64,000 nucleotides of DNA, from the NCBI GenBank assembly GCA_965219575.1, contig OZ244779.1, positions 236,769 to 300,768 on the forward strand, in the 5' to 3' direction. The notes beneath the pieces were generated by a model. The model was not told where the DNA came from. It ran no database searches and saw only the letters and a list, made by a program, of their open reading frames with translations. Below, piece after piece: positions 42,319-51,806 of this stretch. Source of the DNA: Candidatus Oxydemutatoraceae bacterium (lineage in GTDB: Bacteria > Pseudomonadota > Gammaproteobacteria > Poriferisulfidales > Oxydemutatoraceae). The first letter of the stretch is position 1, and every line of letters starts with the position of its first letter. Both the position numbers and the translations under genes were made by a program.

Positions 42319-43241
42319 TAGATCGCATTACTTTTGCATATAGAATACTTGTTATGTCGAAAGCAAACATCAATTTCCCGATTATTAATTACGGCTTGAT
42401 AGCAAGCGTCGTCTTGCTGTTTAGCCCCCTTTGCATGGGTGCGAATATCGGTGAAGACCCCGTGTATCTTGAAGCGATAGAAAAACTTAATAATAGCGAT
42501 TGGGAAGAAGCGCACCGTTTATTCAAAAGATTACAGGAAAACTATCCCGACGAACCGGCGATACTGAACAATCTTGCGGTTATTGCGGTTCACCAAGACC
42601 AACCCGAACTTGCAATCGAGCTTCTGGAGTATGCCATTTTAAGTCACCCGACGCTCTCCGTCAGCTATAAAAACCTACAATCGCTATACAACTATCGAGC
42701 CGCACAAGAATATAAAAAAGCATTATCTTTGGATTCATTAAAAGTGACTACGCCCGAACTAAGGATCATAGACACGCCGCAGCCTACCGATGACGACGAC
42801 ACCGAAGAGGTGAGTGCGGCCAAACTGGTGCTGGCGGAAAAAGCCATAGAAAAACCTCTGGTCGAGGAAGCGCGCCCGCAACCTTCCGACACCGATATAG
42901 ATCAAATTAAAGCAAACCTAAAACAGTGGGCGGATGCCTGGAGCCGCCAAGACCTAAACGCCTATTTTGACAGCTATATCGAGGATTATCGCCCGCGCTC
43001 GGGAACCGCACATCTGCGCTGGCGCAAACTGCGAGAGACTCGCATCGTCAATCCTCAATTCATCAATATCCGAATATCGGACCTTTCCGCCGACAAACGA
43101 GACGATAACAATGCCACAGTCACGTTCAAGCAACATTACCAATCTAATTTGTTGAAAAGTACCGTCATCAAGAGACTGGAATTCTATAAAACCGAAACCG
43201 GCTGGAAGATTAAATCCGAAAGCGTTGTCAAACAGTCGTAG
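42315..43241 (+). CDS. Exported TPR + NTF2-like domain protein
   Basis: YPDEPAILNNLAVI TPR; WADAWS..D...Y...Y, VTFKQHY, WKIKSE; partner of the downstream L,D-transpeptidase. Confidence 0.75.
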   Translation: MIDRITFAYRILVMSKANINFPIINYGLIASVVLLFSPLCMGANIGEDPVYLEAIEKLNNSDWEEAHRLFKRLQENYPDEPAILNNLAVIAVHQDQPELAIELLEYAILSHPTLSVSYKNLQSLYNYRAAQEYKKALSLDSLKVTTPELRIIDTPQPTDDDDTEEVSAAKLVLAEKAIEKPLVEEARPQPSDTDIDQIKANLKQWADAWSRQDLNAYFDSYIEDYRPRSGTAHLRWRKLRETRIVNPQFINIRISDLSADKRDDNNATVTFKQHYQSNLLKSTVIKRLEFYKTETGWKIKSESVVKQS

Positions 43242-43250
43242 TATCTAAAA

Positions 43251-44420
43251 ATGAGCAGAACAATTTTTTTATCGATAGGGTGTTTTTTATTTTCGGTGGC
43301 ACTTGCCGATAGCGGGACGATAGAAAAAGAAACCGCCGAAATTAACCTAGAGAGGGCTTTTACCGCAATCTCTACGGGAGAGGTGCAAAAAGCGAAATCT
43401 ATCTTGCTCGATACCCTTGAACACCATCCGAACTTTCATCTTGCCAGAATGGTCTACGCGGATCTAATCGCTGCCCAAGCACAACATTCCCCTTTGTTGA
43501 TCGACCCCGATGCACGGAACAGAGCGCGTATCTCCGGCTTGGCGGAGGAAGCCGCTGCGCGGCTGGTATATAAGCCCCCGAAATCGAACGAACTACCTAT
43601 CAATATCGTTCGGTTGTCGCAAAATCAACACCATGCATTATTGTTCGACGCCGAGTATTCGCGTTTGTATGTATTCGAAAACCACCGAGGGACACCGCAT
43701 TTAATTGCCGACTATTACGCATCCGCCGGCAAAGACGGCATGAATAAAGAGAACGAAGGAGACAATCGCACACCCAATGGCGTATACGAAATTACCCAAA
43801 CTTTAGACGACAATCAATTGCCGGAACTCTATGGAATCGGAGCCTATGTACTCAATTATCCCAACCGATGGGATCGAACACTAAACCGTAGTGGTTCCGG
43901 TATATGGCTACACGGAGTTCCTCGTATCACCTACAGCCGTCCCCCCGAGACCAGCCGCGGTTGCATCGTTAGTAGCAACTCGGTCATGCAATGGCTAAAG
44001 CGTCGCATCGACCCGGCTAAAACATCGGTGGTGTTGGCGAACCGAGTGGACTGGCTGGATACGGTGTCGTGGCAAGCACACCGAGAGCAACTATTATCGA
44101 TAATAGCGCAATGGCAGAGCGATTGGCAAAGTTTGGATGTAGAACGATACTTAGCGCATTATTCCGAGGAATACCGAGATGTGAAACTTAATTATCGACA
44201 AATGTTGAATCAATCCCGACGCAACGCCAAAAAGAAAACTTTCGTCGAGGTGGCAATCAAAGAGATAGATGTATTCCGCTATTCAACGAAACCGGAACGT
44301 TATATCGTACATTTTGACCAAGACTATAAAAGCAATAACTACAATATCGCTTATCGCAAACAACAAATGTGGCAGCGCGAGAACGGCGAGTGGAAAATTA
44401 TTTTTGAGGGACGGGTATAA
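43251..44420 (+). CDS. L,D-transpeptidase (YkuD) with C-terminal NTF2-like domain
   Basis: EGDNRTPNGVY, LNYPN, GSGIWLHG, SRGC. Confidence 0.9.
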   Translation: MSRTIFLSIGCFLFSVALADSGTIEKETAEINLERAFTAISTGEVQKAKSILLDTLEHHPNFHLARMVYADLIAAQAQHSPLLIDPDARNRARISGLAEEAAARLVYKPPKSNELPINIVRLSQNQHHALLFDAEYSRLYVFENHRGTPHLIADYYASAGKDGMNKENEGDNRTPNGVYEITQTLDDNQLPELYGIGAYVLNYPNRWDRTLNRSGSGIWLHGVPRITYSRPPETSRGCIVSSNSVMQWLKRRIDPAKTSVVLANRVDWLDTVSWQAHREQLLSIIAQWQSDWQSLDVERYLAHYSEEYRDVKLNYRQMLNQSRRNAKKKTFVEVAIKEIDVFRYSTKPERYIVHFDQDYKSNNYNIAYRKQQMWQRENGEWKIIFEGRV

Positions 44421-44432
44421 ACGATCGAATGC

Positions 44433-45287
44433 TTATTCGGATTGCGGCACGTTATAGCGAAGCCAGCGCACCAAATCGACCCACATCGTACGCAGATCAT
44501 TATCGCTGGGCATATAACGAGACGATTTCAATTCTATCGTCAGCACCGGTATCGCCAAGTCCTCGCCGGCATAACGGCCTAGAGAGCCGGGAAAGGTTCT
44601 TAGATCGTAAAACTTCAAAGGGCCTAGAAAGGCCGGAGACTTCACCGATGTAGGGCCGTCGTAGTCGACCAAGCCGTAGGGTGCATGTAGCGAGACGATT
44701 ACATCGGGTTGAAAATTCTCAATTTCGTTTTCAAGCCAACGACTCTCGTTTTCACTGCGCGCAAATTGTCCGGGATAGCGGCGTGGATCGCTACCGGTCT
44801 GCTGCATCCAATAAGACAATGCGTTACTCTCCCAATCGGAACTCGCCAAATTTCTATTTAGATCTACTCCGTTGCCATTGGTGCGTGTAGCCGGGCTTTG
44901 CAACAAACCGTCTAGGTTGATTGCCGGCGCGAAATGCCAGTGGAATAACCCCGAATGATGACGGTCCAATATCGCCATCCACTTAAAAGAGACGCTGAAC
45001 GAAGCATACTCGTCGCCGTGAATACCACCGATAAACAAAACCCGAGCCAGCGGTTGTCTACTCGCCAGCGGTGGATATTCTTTATATAGAATTGCGCGCC
45101 CTTGCGCAGTATAAGCACCGCTTCCGACGAGTTGCAAATCCAGACATTCTTGCACACTAACCGAAGACAATTTATTGCCGAGCAAACGACACACCTGATG
45201 CACCTCGGTGTGATCTTCTGCATAAGCGAAAAATCTCGGAAGCAAAATCAACATTAAAATTAATAATCGCATAACTATAGCAAACAT
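44433..45287 (-). CDS. M14 zinc peptidase, murein peptide amidase MpaA-like
   Basis: GGIHGDE, NGNGVDLNRN, SLHAP, TIEL. Confidence 0.87.
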   Translation of the reverse strand: MFAIVMRLLILMLILLPRFFAYAEDHTEVHQVCRLLGNKLSSVSVQECLDLQLVGSGAYTAQGRAILYKEYPPLASRQPLARVLFIGGIHGDEYASFSVSFKWMAILDRHHSGLFHWHFAPAINLDGLLQSPATRTNGNGVDLNRNLASSDWESNALSYWMQQTGSDPRRYPGQFARSENESRWLENEIENFQPDVIVSLHAPYGLVDYDGPTSVKSPAFLGPLKFYDLRTFPGSLGRYAGEDLAIPVLTIELKSSRYMPSDNDLRTMWVDLVRWLRYNVPQSE

Positions 45288-45335
45288 TTTGTGAGAATTA
45301 TATACCGTTGTCCGCCTACGGCAACCTACCGTAGA

Positions 45336-45385
45336 ATCGCCGATTGAGCCGGTAGGTCAATCGGCGTGACATTATGCAGGACCTC
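45336..45385. repeat. Isolated 27-bp hairpin plus GTGACATTATGCAGGACCTC module
   Basis: Same hairpin and flanking module as in the other composite repeats. Confidence 0.75.
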
Positions 45386-45422
45386 AACCGTTGGATAATG
45401 CAATATCCGAAAATCAATCCTT

Positions 45423-47060
45423 CTATCTACGCGCGCGCATCCCGGGCATCCTACGAGCCAGCTTGGTATCGATTGATTTTGAATAGCGCGTGGTGATGGT
45501 ATTCAACGAGGAGATGTATTTACCGAAGGCCGGCAAATAATCTCGCAGTTTGGCAAAGTCCGAACGTCTTATAAACATAAGGTGGCTCTCTTCGAGTGCG
45601 ATAAGACGCCCGGTGGTCAATATATCTTTTTCTATGGTGCGTTCACCGAAGTGGTCACCCGGCAAAATTTCCCTTTTGAACATTTTGCCGTCCTCTTCCA
45701 CTACTTCTAGTTGCAGACGACCTCTGACTACGGTGTATAGGCCGCGCAGTATTTGATTTTTTCCGGCTACGACATCGCCGGCCTTGAAACGCATGAAACA
45801 AGTACTGGAAGGCAGATGTTGTTGTACATGGACGATATTGCGAGGGATGAAGTAGTCGAACAACCAGTTGAGCGCAATGCGAATCCGTGAAACGGCACTG
45901 GGGAACATTGCCAAATAGATGGCCCGCCACAATGCCCAAGCGATAAAGCCTGAGATACGAAGGCCTTTGATCTCGGCAACTCCTCTATAATCACCGATGG
46001 AGGCAAGCGAGCCGCGAGGTTTATAGGAAAAGCCGGTGAGTGGGAGGTTGTGTATCTCTGCGACGATATTCGATGCCAAAAGGCGCGCCTGACGCACTGC
46101 AAACTGCGCAGTGGGCGGGCAAGGGTTAAATTCGTCAACCGCATTCGGGACCAGCGCAACATCGCCTAATGCCCAGATGTTGGAACAGCCGACTATACGC
46201 AATTTGTCGTCTACCAATAATCTGCCGCGTTCGGTCGGAAAATCTAAGTTCTGCACCATTTTCGGCAGCGAATTTCCGACCGTGGAGACGACGGTTCTAC
46301 AGCCGATGATCTGGCCGTTATCGAGTTCTACCGCATCGGCGGTCATTCCGGTAAGCATTGTGTTGGTGACAATCTCAATACCTCTGGCTTCAAGTTTGCG
46401 CTTAACATATTCCGAAAGTTTTACACCCATCTCAGGCAGAATTCTATCGCCGCTATGCACGAGTACCATCCGTATCCAAGCTTTGCTTATGTGCGGATAG
46501 AAGCGTAAGGTGCGATGTATCATCTCCTGTAGCTCGCCGATTGTTTCGATACCGGAAAAGCCGCCTCCACCGACTACGAAACATAGATTTTTCGTAATAG
46601 CCTCTTCGTCTTTATCGCTGTCGGATTCTTCCAAACATTCGATAATATGGTTTCTAAGCGAATACGCATCGGACAGATTCTTCATTGTCAGCGCGTGTTC
46701 GGTGAAACCAGGCAACTTAGACAACTCGGGCTTTAAGCCGGTGGCAATAACCAAGTGATCGAACGGTATTTCAATCAGCTTGGAATTGGTGCCTTGGGCA
46801 ACATAGACACACCGTTTGCCTTTATCTATATCTATCACCTCTGCCGAACGTACATCTATATCCTTGAGCATCAATCGAATCGGTGTCACCGCATCCTGTA
46901 TGTTGATGACCCCCGATGCAACCTCCGGCAATAACGGCTGGAAAACAAAATAATTTTCCCTATTGATAATCTCTATTTGGTGGTTTTTCCCTAGAATTTT
47001 ATGCAGGTATTTAGCCGTGTATGCCCCACCGAAACCTGCCCCGATAATAACAATACGCAT
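45423..47060 (-). CDS. Type II NADH dehydrogenase-like oxidoreductase with C-terminal cNMP-binding domain
   Basis: GAGFGG, FQPLLPEVA, GGGFSGIE, PPTAQFA; C-terminal LYTVVRG...PGDHFGE. Confidence 0.85.
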   Translation of the reverse strand: MRIVIIGAGFGGAYTAKYLHKILGKNHQIEIINRENYFVFQPLLPEVASGVINIQDAVTPIRLMLKDIDVRSAEVIDIDKGKRCVYVAQGTNSKLIEIPFDHLVIATGLKPELSKLPGFTEHALTMKNLSDAYSLRNHIIECLEESDSDKDEEAITKNLCFVVGGGGFSGIETIGELQEMIHRTLRFYPHISKAWIRMVLVHSGDRILPEMGVKLSEYVKRKLEARGIEIVTNTMLTGMTADAVELDNGQIIGCRTVVSTVGNSLPKMVQNLDFPTERGRLLVDDKLRIVGCSNIWALGDVALVPNAVDEFNPCPPTAQFAVRQARLLASNIVAEIHNLPLTGFSYKPRGSLASIGDYRGVAEIKGLRISGFIAWALWRAIYLAMFPSAVSRIRIALNWLFDYFIPRNIVHVQQHLPSSTCFMRFKAGDVVAGKNQILRGLYTVVRGRLQLEVVEEDGKMFKREILPGDHFGERTIEKDILTTGRLIALEESHLMFIRRSDFAKLRDYLPAFGKYISSLNTITTRYSKSIDTKLARRMPGMRARR

Positions 47061-47257
47061 GTTACCGTCCGCTGATTGTTTTAGGCATAGATCGACGACC
47101 AGTGGTTTTTGAGGCCACGTACATGTTTTTTTCTGTATAATGCACCACGAATTCCCTCCGAATAAAAATTAAGGCTTGCCTATAGGCTATCATTTCGTTT
47201 ATGATAGCCTATTACTTTGAAAGAAGGAAGTAGATAAACGCGATTAAATGATAAAAA

Positions 47258-47686
47258 ATGAAAACATACAGTGCAAAAGCTAACGAAGTCGAACACGATT
47301 GGTTCGTAGTCGATGCGACCGATCAACCACTCGGCAGACTGGCATCCGAGATTGCACGGCGTTTACGCGGCAAACATAAGCCGCAATTTACACCGCATAT
47401 AGATGTCGGAGATCACATCATCGTTATCAATGCCGAAAAAGTTGCAGTGTCGGGTAATAAAATGCGCGACAAAATGTATTATCGTCATAGTGGCTATATC
47501 GGTTCTCTAAAATCACAATCTCTGCAAAAGCTGTTGGAAGCGCATCCCGAGCGAGTGATAGAAAAAGCGATTAAGGGCATGCTGCCGAGAAATTCTTTGG
47601 GACGTGCAATGTTCGGCAAACTTCGAGTGTACACCGGAAGTACGCACCGACACGACGCACAACAGCCGCAAACACTGAGGATTTAA
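47258..47686 (+). CDS. rplM: 50S ribosomal protein L13
   Basis: LGRLAS, LRGKHKP.FTPH.D.GD. Confidence 0.98.
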   Translation: MKTYSAKANEVEHDWFVVDATDQPLGRLASEIARRLRGKHKPQFTPHIDVGDHIIVINAEKVAVSGNKMRDKMYYRHSGYIGSLKSQSLQKLLEAHPERVIEKAIKGMLPRNSLGRAMFGKLRVYTGSTHRHDAQQPQTLRI

Positions 47687-47688
47687 CG

Positions 47689-48177
47689 ATGGCTAAAGTA
47701 GCTAAAACGGAAACCAATACAAAAGCGACGGAAACGAAAACAAAGACGGAAACGTCGAAAACAGAAACGAAAGCAAAAAAAGAAATAAGCAAGCGTTATT
47801 ACGGCACCGGACGGCGTAAAGCATCGGTCGCCCGAGTTTATGTGACAACCGCAGGTTCCGGCAAAATGCGAGTCAACCGACGCCATGTGAACGATTACTT
47901 TAGCCGTGAGACGACTCGTATGTTAATCGATCAACCGTTGCAAGCCGTGGGAGGCAAAAAGAAATTTGATTTTCAAATCACCGTCAAAGGCGGCGGTATT
48001 AGCGGGCAAGCGGGCGCAATACAACTAGGAATCGCTCGTGCGTTGGTTCAGCACGATGAAAATTTCAGAACACTTCTGCGCAACAAAGGTTTTTTGACCC
48101 GCGACGCACGCATCGTCGAGCGTAAGAAGGTCGGCTTGCGCAAGGCACGCAAGGATGTACAATACTCCAAACGTTAA
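47689..48177 (+). CDS. rpsI: 30S ribosomal protein S9 with N-terminal extension
   Basis: [21 protein letters not shown]. Confidence 0.98.
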   Translation: MAKVAKTETNTKATETKTKTETSKTETKAKKEISKRYYGTGRRKASVARVYVTTAGSGKMRVNRRHVNDYFSRETTRMLIDQPLQAVGGKKKFDFQITVKGGGISGQAGAIQLGIARALVQHDENFRTLLRNKGFLTRDARIVERKKVGLRKARKDVQYSKR

Positions 48178-48184
48178 TTGAACC

Positions 48185-48568
48185 ATGTATGCGATTATTC
48201 AAACCGGTGGCAAACAGTATAAGGTCTCTAAAGGAGACAATATACAGGTTGAATTATTGCCCGCCGCCGTCGACGACACGGTGCGCTTCGACAAAGTGTT
48301 GATGCTAAACGACGAGGATCGTGTGGAAATAGGGACACCCTATCTGGAAAACACGCAGGTCTTGGGCAAAGTCGTGCGCTCGGGAAAAAAAGATAAAATT
48401 AAAGTGGTCAAGTTTAAAAGGCGCAAACGCTATACGCGCATCGCAGGACACCGACAGTCGTTTAGCCGGATAGAAATTACCGATATTCAAAAAACACCGG
48501 AACAGGCTAAGGACGAAATAAAAAGCACCGAGTTCGAAAAAACACCGGGAGAAGACAATGGCACATAA
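48185..48568 (+). CDS. rplU: 50S ribosomal protein L21
   Basis: [18 protein letters not shown]. Confidence 0.98.
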   Translation: MYAIIQTGGKQYKVSKGDNIQVELLPAAVDDTVRFDKVLMLNDEDRVEIGTPYLENTQVLGKVVRSGKKDKIKVVKFKRRKRYTRIAGHRQSFSRIEITDIQKTPEQAKDEIKSTEFEKTPGEDNGT

Positions 48569-48815
48569 AAAAGCAGGTGGTAGCACCCGAAACGGGCGCG
48601 ACTCACAATCCAAACGCTTGGGTGTCAAGCGATTCGGCGGTGAAGTTGTCAAAGCCGGCAACATATTGATACGCCAACGCGGCACCCGATTTCATGCCGG
48701 CACCAATGTGGGATGCGGTAAAGACCACACGCTCTACGCACTCTCCGACGGACGAGTGATATTCGAGCGCAAGGGGGCCCTCAAAAAAAGCTATATCAGC
48801 ATCTCCCCTACTTAA
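48558..48815 (+). CDS. rpmA: 50S ribosomal protein L27
   Basis: [16 protein letters not shown]. Confidence 0.98.
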   Translation: MAHKKAGGSTRNGRDSQSKRLGVKRFGGEVVKAGNILIRQRGTRFHAGTNVGCGKDHTLYALSDGRVIFERKGALKKSYISISPT

Positions 48816-48876
48816 GCAATCTTATCATGCAACATGATGCGACCGTTTGTCGCGCCGTGTACTATACTATCTTAAA

Positions 48877-49908
48877 ATGAAATTTGTGGACGAGGCCGCT
48901 ATTACGGTACAAGCGGGAAAAGGCGGCGACGGCTGTGTTAGCTTTCGCCGAGAACGATGCTTGCCACACGGCGGTCCGGACGGTGGCGACGGTGGCGACG
49001 GTGGTTCGGTGTATCTGGTCGGTGACGAAGGACTGAACACGCTTGCCGATTTAAGACATCGGCCGCTATTCAAAGCAACCGACGGCATCGGAGGGCAAGG
49101 TTCCAACCGTTGCGGCAGGCAGGGTGACGATTTGCTGGTACGGGTGCCGACCGGCACCGCAGTGTATCATCGTCAAACCGGTGAACTCATCGGCGATGTT
49201 TTGGAACACCGAAAAAAATTACTCGTTGCCGACGGCGGCAGGCACGGTTTGGGAAACACGCGTTTCAAATCGTCCACCAACCGCACCCCGAGACAATTCA
49301 CCCACGGTGAAGCCGGCGAATGTCGCGAGCTTTATTTGGAATTGAAGCTACTCGCCGATGTCGGATTACTCGGTTTGCCGAATGCCGGCAAATCCACATT
49401 GCTCGGCGCAATCAGTTCGGCGCGTCCGCGGATTGCCGACTATCCTTTCACCACATTATATCCTGCCTTGGGTGTGGTTCGCGCATCCGAATACCGAAGT
49501 TTTGTGGTTGCCGATATTCCCGGGCTTATAGAAGGTGCCTCCGAAGGAGTGGGTCTGGGCATACAATTTCTAAGACATCTACAAAGAACAAAGTTGTTAT
49601 TACACCTACTCGATATCGGCACGATGGAATCGACGGTGACAGCAGCGCATAATATACATTGCATAGAAAAAGAATTATCTTGTTTCGATGCAGAATTAGC
49701 TACTAAAGAACGATGGCTGGTCTGCACCAAAACCGATAACATGGCGGACGACAGAGTAGTAGACTTTCGCGAGCAATTAATGCGAGACATTCACCTCGAA
49801 CAACCGTGCTTTGCAATTTCTGCGATAAGCGGGAAAGGACTTCCCGAATTGATCAATGCCGTCTGCAACCGTTTGGAACAGATGAATCATGAGCAAACAG
49901 AAAGTTAA
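48877..49908 (+). CDS. obgE: GTPase Obg/CgtA
   Basis: MKFVDEA, GGPDGGDGG, GLPNAGKST, DYPFTT, DIPGLI. Confidence 0.97.
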   Translation: MKFVDEAAITVQAGKGGDGCVSFRRERCLPHGGPDGGDGGDGGSVYLVGDEGLNTLADLRHRPLFKATDGIGGQGSNRCGRQGDDLLVRVPTGTAVYHRQTGELIGDVLEHRKKLLVADGGRHGLGNTRFKSSTNRTPRQFTHGEAGECRELYLELKLLADVGLLGLPNAGKSTLLGAISSARPRIADYPFTTLYPALGVVRASEYRSFVVADIPGLIEGASEGVGLGIQFLRHLQRTKLLLHLLDIGTMESTVTAAHNIHCIEKELSCFDAELATKERWLVCTKTDNMADDRVVDFREQLMRDIHLEQPCFAISAISGKGLPELINAVCNRLEQMNHEQTES

Positions 49909-51016
49909 AAATAAACGCTGGATTATCAAAATTGGTAGTTCTTTGGTCACCAAAAGCGGACGCGGATTAAACCTTGCCGCAATCCGAACATGGGCGGCAC
50001 AAATTAAAACTTTGCGTGCTCGAGGTTATCACCTTGCCGTAGTATCTTCCGGTTCTATTGCCGAGGGTATCTACCGTTTAGGTTGGGACGAGCGACCGGA
50101 TAGGCTACATCATTTGCAGGCAGCGGCGGCGGTCGGACAAATCGGATTGATGCAAGCCTATCATTCTATATTTGAAAAACACGGCATAGGCAGCGCACAG
50201 ATATTATTGACGCACGAAGATTTAAGCCAACGGCGACGTTATAACAATGCACGCGCAACTTTACTATCTCTGTTTGAAATCGGCATCGTGCCGATCATCA
50301 ACGAAAACGATACCGTTGCAACCGAAGAGATACAACTGGGCGACAACGACACGCTCGCCGCGCAAGTTGCCAATTTGGTCGATGCCGATGTGTTGCTGAT
50401 TCTGACCGATCAAGCCGGTTTGTACGATAAAGACCCCGCTACGAATAAGGACGCAGCCGTCATCAAACACAAAAACGCTTATGATTCCGAACTCGATGCT
50501 ATCGCCGGTCCTAGCGCAAGCGGTTTGGGGCGCGGCGGCATGATCACCAAAGTCAAAGCAGCGCGTACTGCGGCGTGGTCGGGAACTTCGACGATCATCG
50601 TTCACGGCATGAACGATGACATTATCATGCGCATTGCCGACGGAGAAAAATCGGGCACCTATTTAGAAGGCACACACCAGCCTATCGCCCTTCGTAAGCG
50701 ATGGATCGTCAATCTCAAAGCACGAGGAACCTTGGTAATCGACAGCGGGGCGGTTGCGGCACTGTGCCAACGGCAAAAAAGCCTATTACCCATTGGTGTG
50801 ATAGATGTAGAAGGCGACTTTGGTCGCGGCGATATGGTGTTATGCAAAGATACCGACGGGGCTATCGTCGCCTATGGGCTGTCAAACTACACTGCGCAAG
50901 AAGCACGCAACACCGCCGGCAAAAATAGTCGACATATCGCGCAAATCATCGGAAGCGACTGCAAACCCGAAATAATACACCGCGACAACCTCACTCTGGA
51001 AGGCACCCTAGAGTAA
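49889..51016 (+). CDS. proB: Glutamate 5-kinase
   Basis: KIGSS, INENDTV, GDNDTL, GGMITK, PUA domain. Confidence 0.96.
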   Translation: MSKQKVKNKRWIIKIGSSLVTKSGRGLNLAAIRTWAAQIKTLRARGYHLAVVSSGSIAEGIYRLGWDERPDRLHHLQAAAAVGQIGLMQAYHSIFEKHGIGSAQILLTHEDLSQRRRYNNARATLLSLFEIGIVPIINENDTVATEEIQLGDNDTLAAQVANLVDADVLLILTDQAGLYDKDPATNKDAAVIKHKNAYDSELDAIAGPSASGLGRGGMITKVKAARTAAWSGTSTIIVHGMNDDIIMRIADGEKSGTYLEGTHQPIALRKRWIVNLKARGTLVIDSGAVAALCQRQKSLLPIGVIDVEGDFGRGDMVLCKDTDGAIVAYGLSNYTAQEARNTAGKNSRHIAQIIGSDCKPEIIHRDNLTLEGTLE

Positions 51017-51047
51017 AGCGAATAATTAATAGGGGGTGGGCTGTTGA

Positions 51048-51308
51048 TTACGAATTACGCAGGAGATTATTCAAACGGCTCTTGTGGCGAGCTGCCTTGT
51101 TTTTATGGATTAAGTGCTTATTGACACTGGAGTCGATAATCGGCACCGCCTTTTTGTAGGCTTCTTCGGCAAGTGCCTTATCTTCTGCATTGACAGCCTT
51201 GATTACATTTTTGATTGCGGTTCTAAGACGCGACCGAAGTGCAACATTATGCTCTCTATGTCGCTCCGCTTGACGCACTCGCTTACGCGCCGATAAACTA
51301 TTTGCCAT
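51048..51308 (-). CDS. rpsT: 30S ribosomal protein S20
   Basis: [23 protein letters not shown]. Confidence 0.98.
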   Translation of the reverse strand: MANSLSARKRVRQAERHREHNVALRSRLRTAIKNVIKAVNAEDKALAEEAYKKAVPIIDSSVNKHLIHKNKAARHKSRLNNLLRNS

Positions 51309-51430
51309 ATAACTATCTCCGTTGTTTGTGATAAGCGATTATAAGGCGAGCAGAGGAATTTGTCAAAAGTTCTGCGACCGATGTAAGCGCAAGGTAATAA
51401 ATCGTTATGATAGATACTATTGTGAAAAAT

Positions 51431-51457
51431 AAAAAAGCCGGGGATGTAATCCCCGGC
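51431..51457 (-). terminator. Rho-independent terminator
   Basis: GCCGGGGAT/ATCCCCGGC stem followed by a T-run on the minus strand. Confidence 0.85.
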
Positions 51458-51545
51458 AAAAGGGTCGTGGTAATCATTACCACTTTCTAAGGAGGGTTTG
51501 ACTTCCTGTCGCCGAGTTCAGGGGGGTCTCAGCAATTAATTTAGT

Positions 51546-51617
51546 TTAATCTAAATAGCCTTTTCTCATGCAAAAAAAAACTGTCGACCAAACTAAAGCT
51601 AACGTTAAAAGTTCCAT
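51546..51617 (-). CDS. Putative 23-aa hydrophobic peptide MELLTLALVWSTVFFCMRKGYLD
   Basis: AGGAG Shine-Dalgarno 8 nt before the ATG; downstream terminator. Confidence 0.5.
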   Translation of the reverse strand: MELLTLALVWSTVFFCMRKGYLD

Positions 51618-51806
51618 TGGGTTGACTCCTATATTAAATACACTACTAATCTATTTCTGTATATAAGTATATCATAATATACTTATATAGCAACATTAAT
51701 TCAAGGGTTTTTACAAAATATTTTTCATTTTTTTGATCTAAAGCAATTTATAACGAGAAATACAGGGCTTCGGGGCAAAATTCGGTTCAACTTTAAGCCG
51801 TATTTG

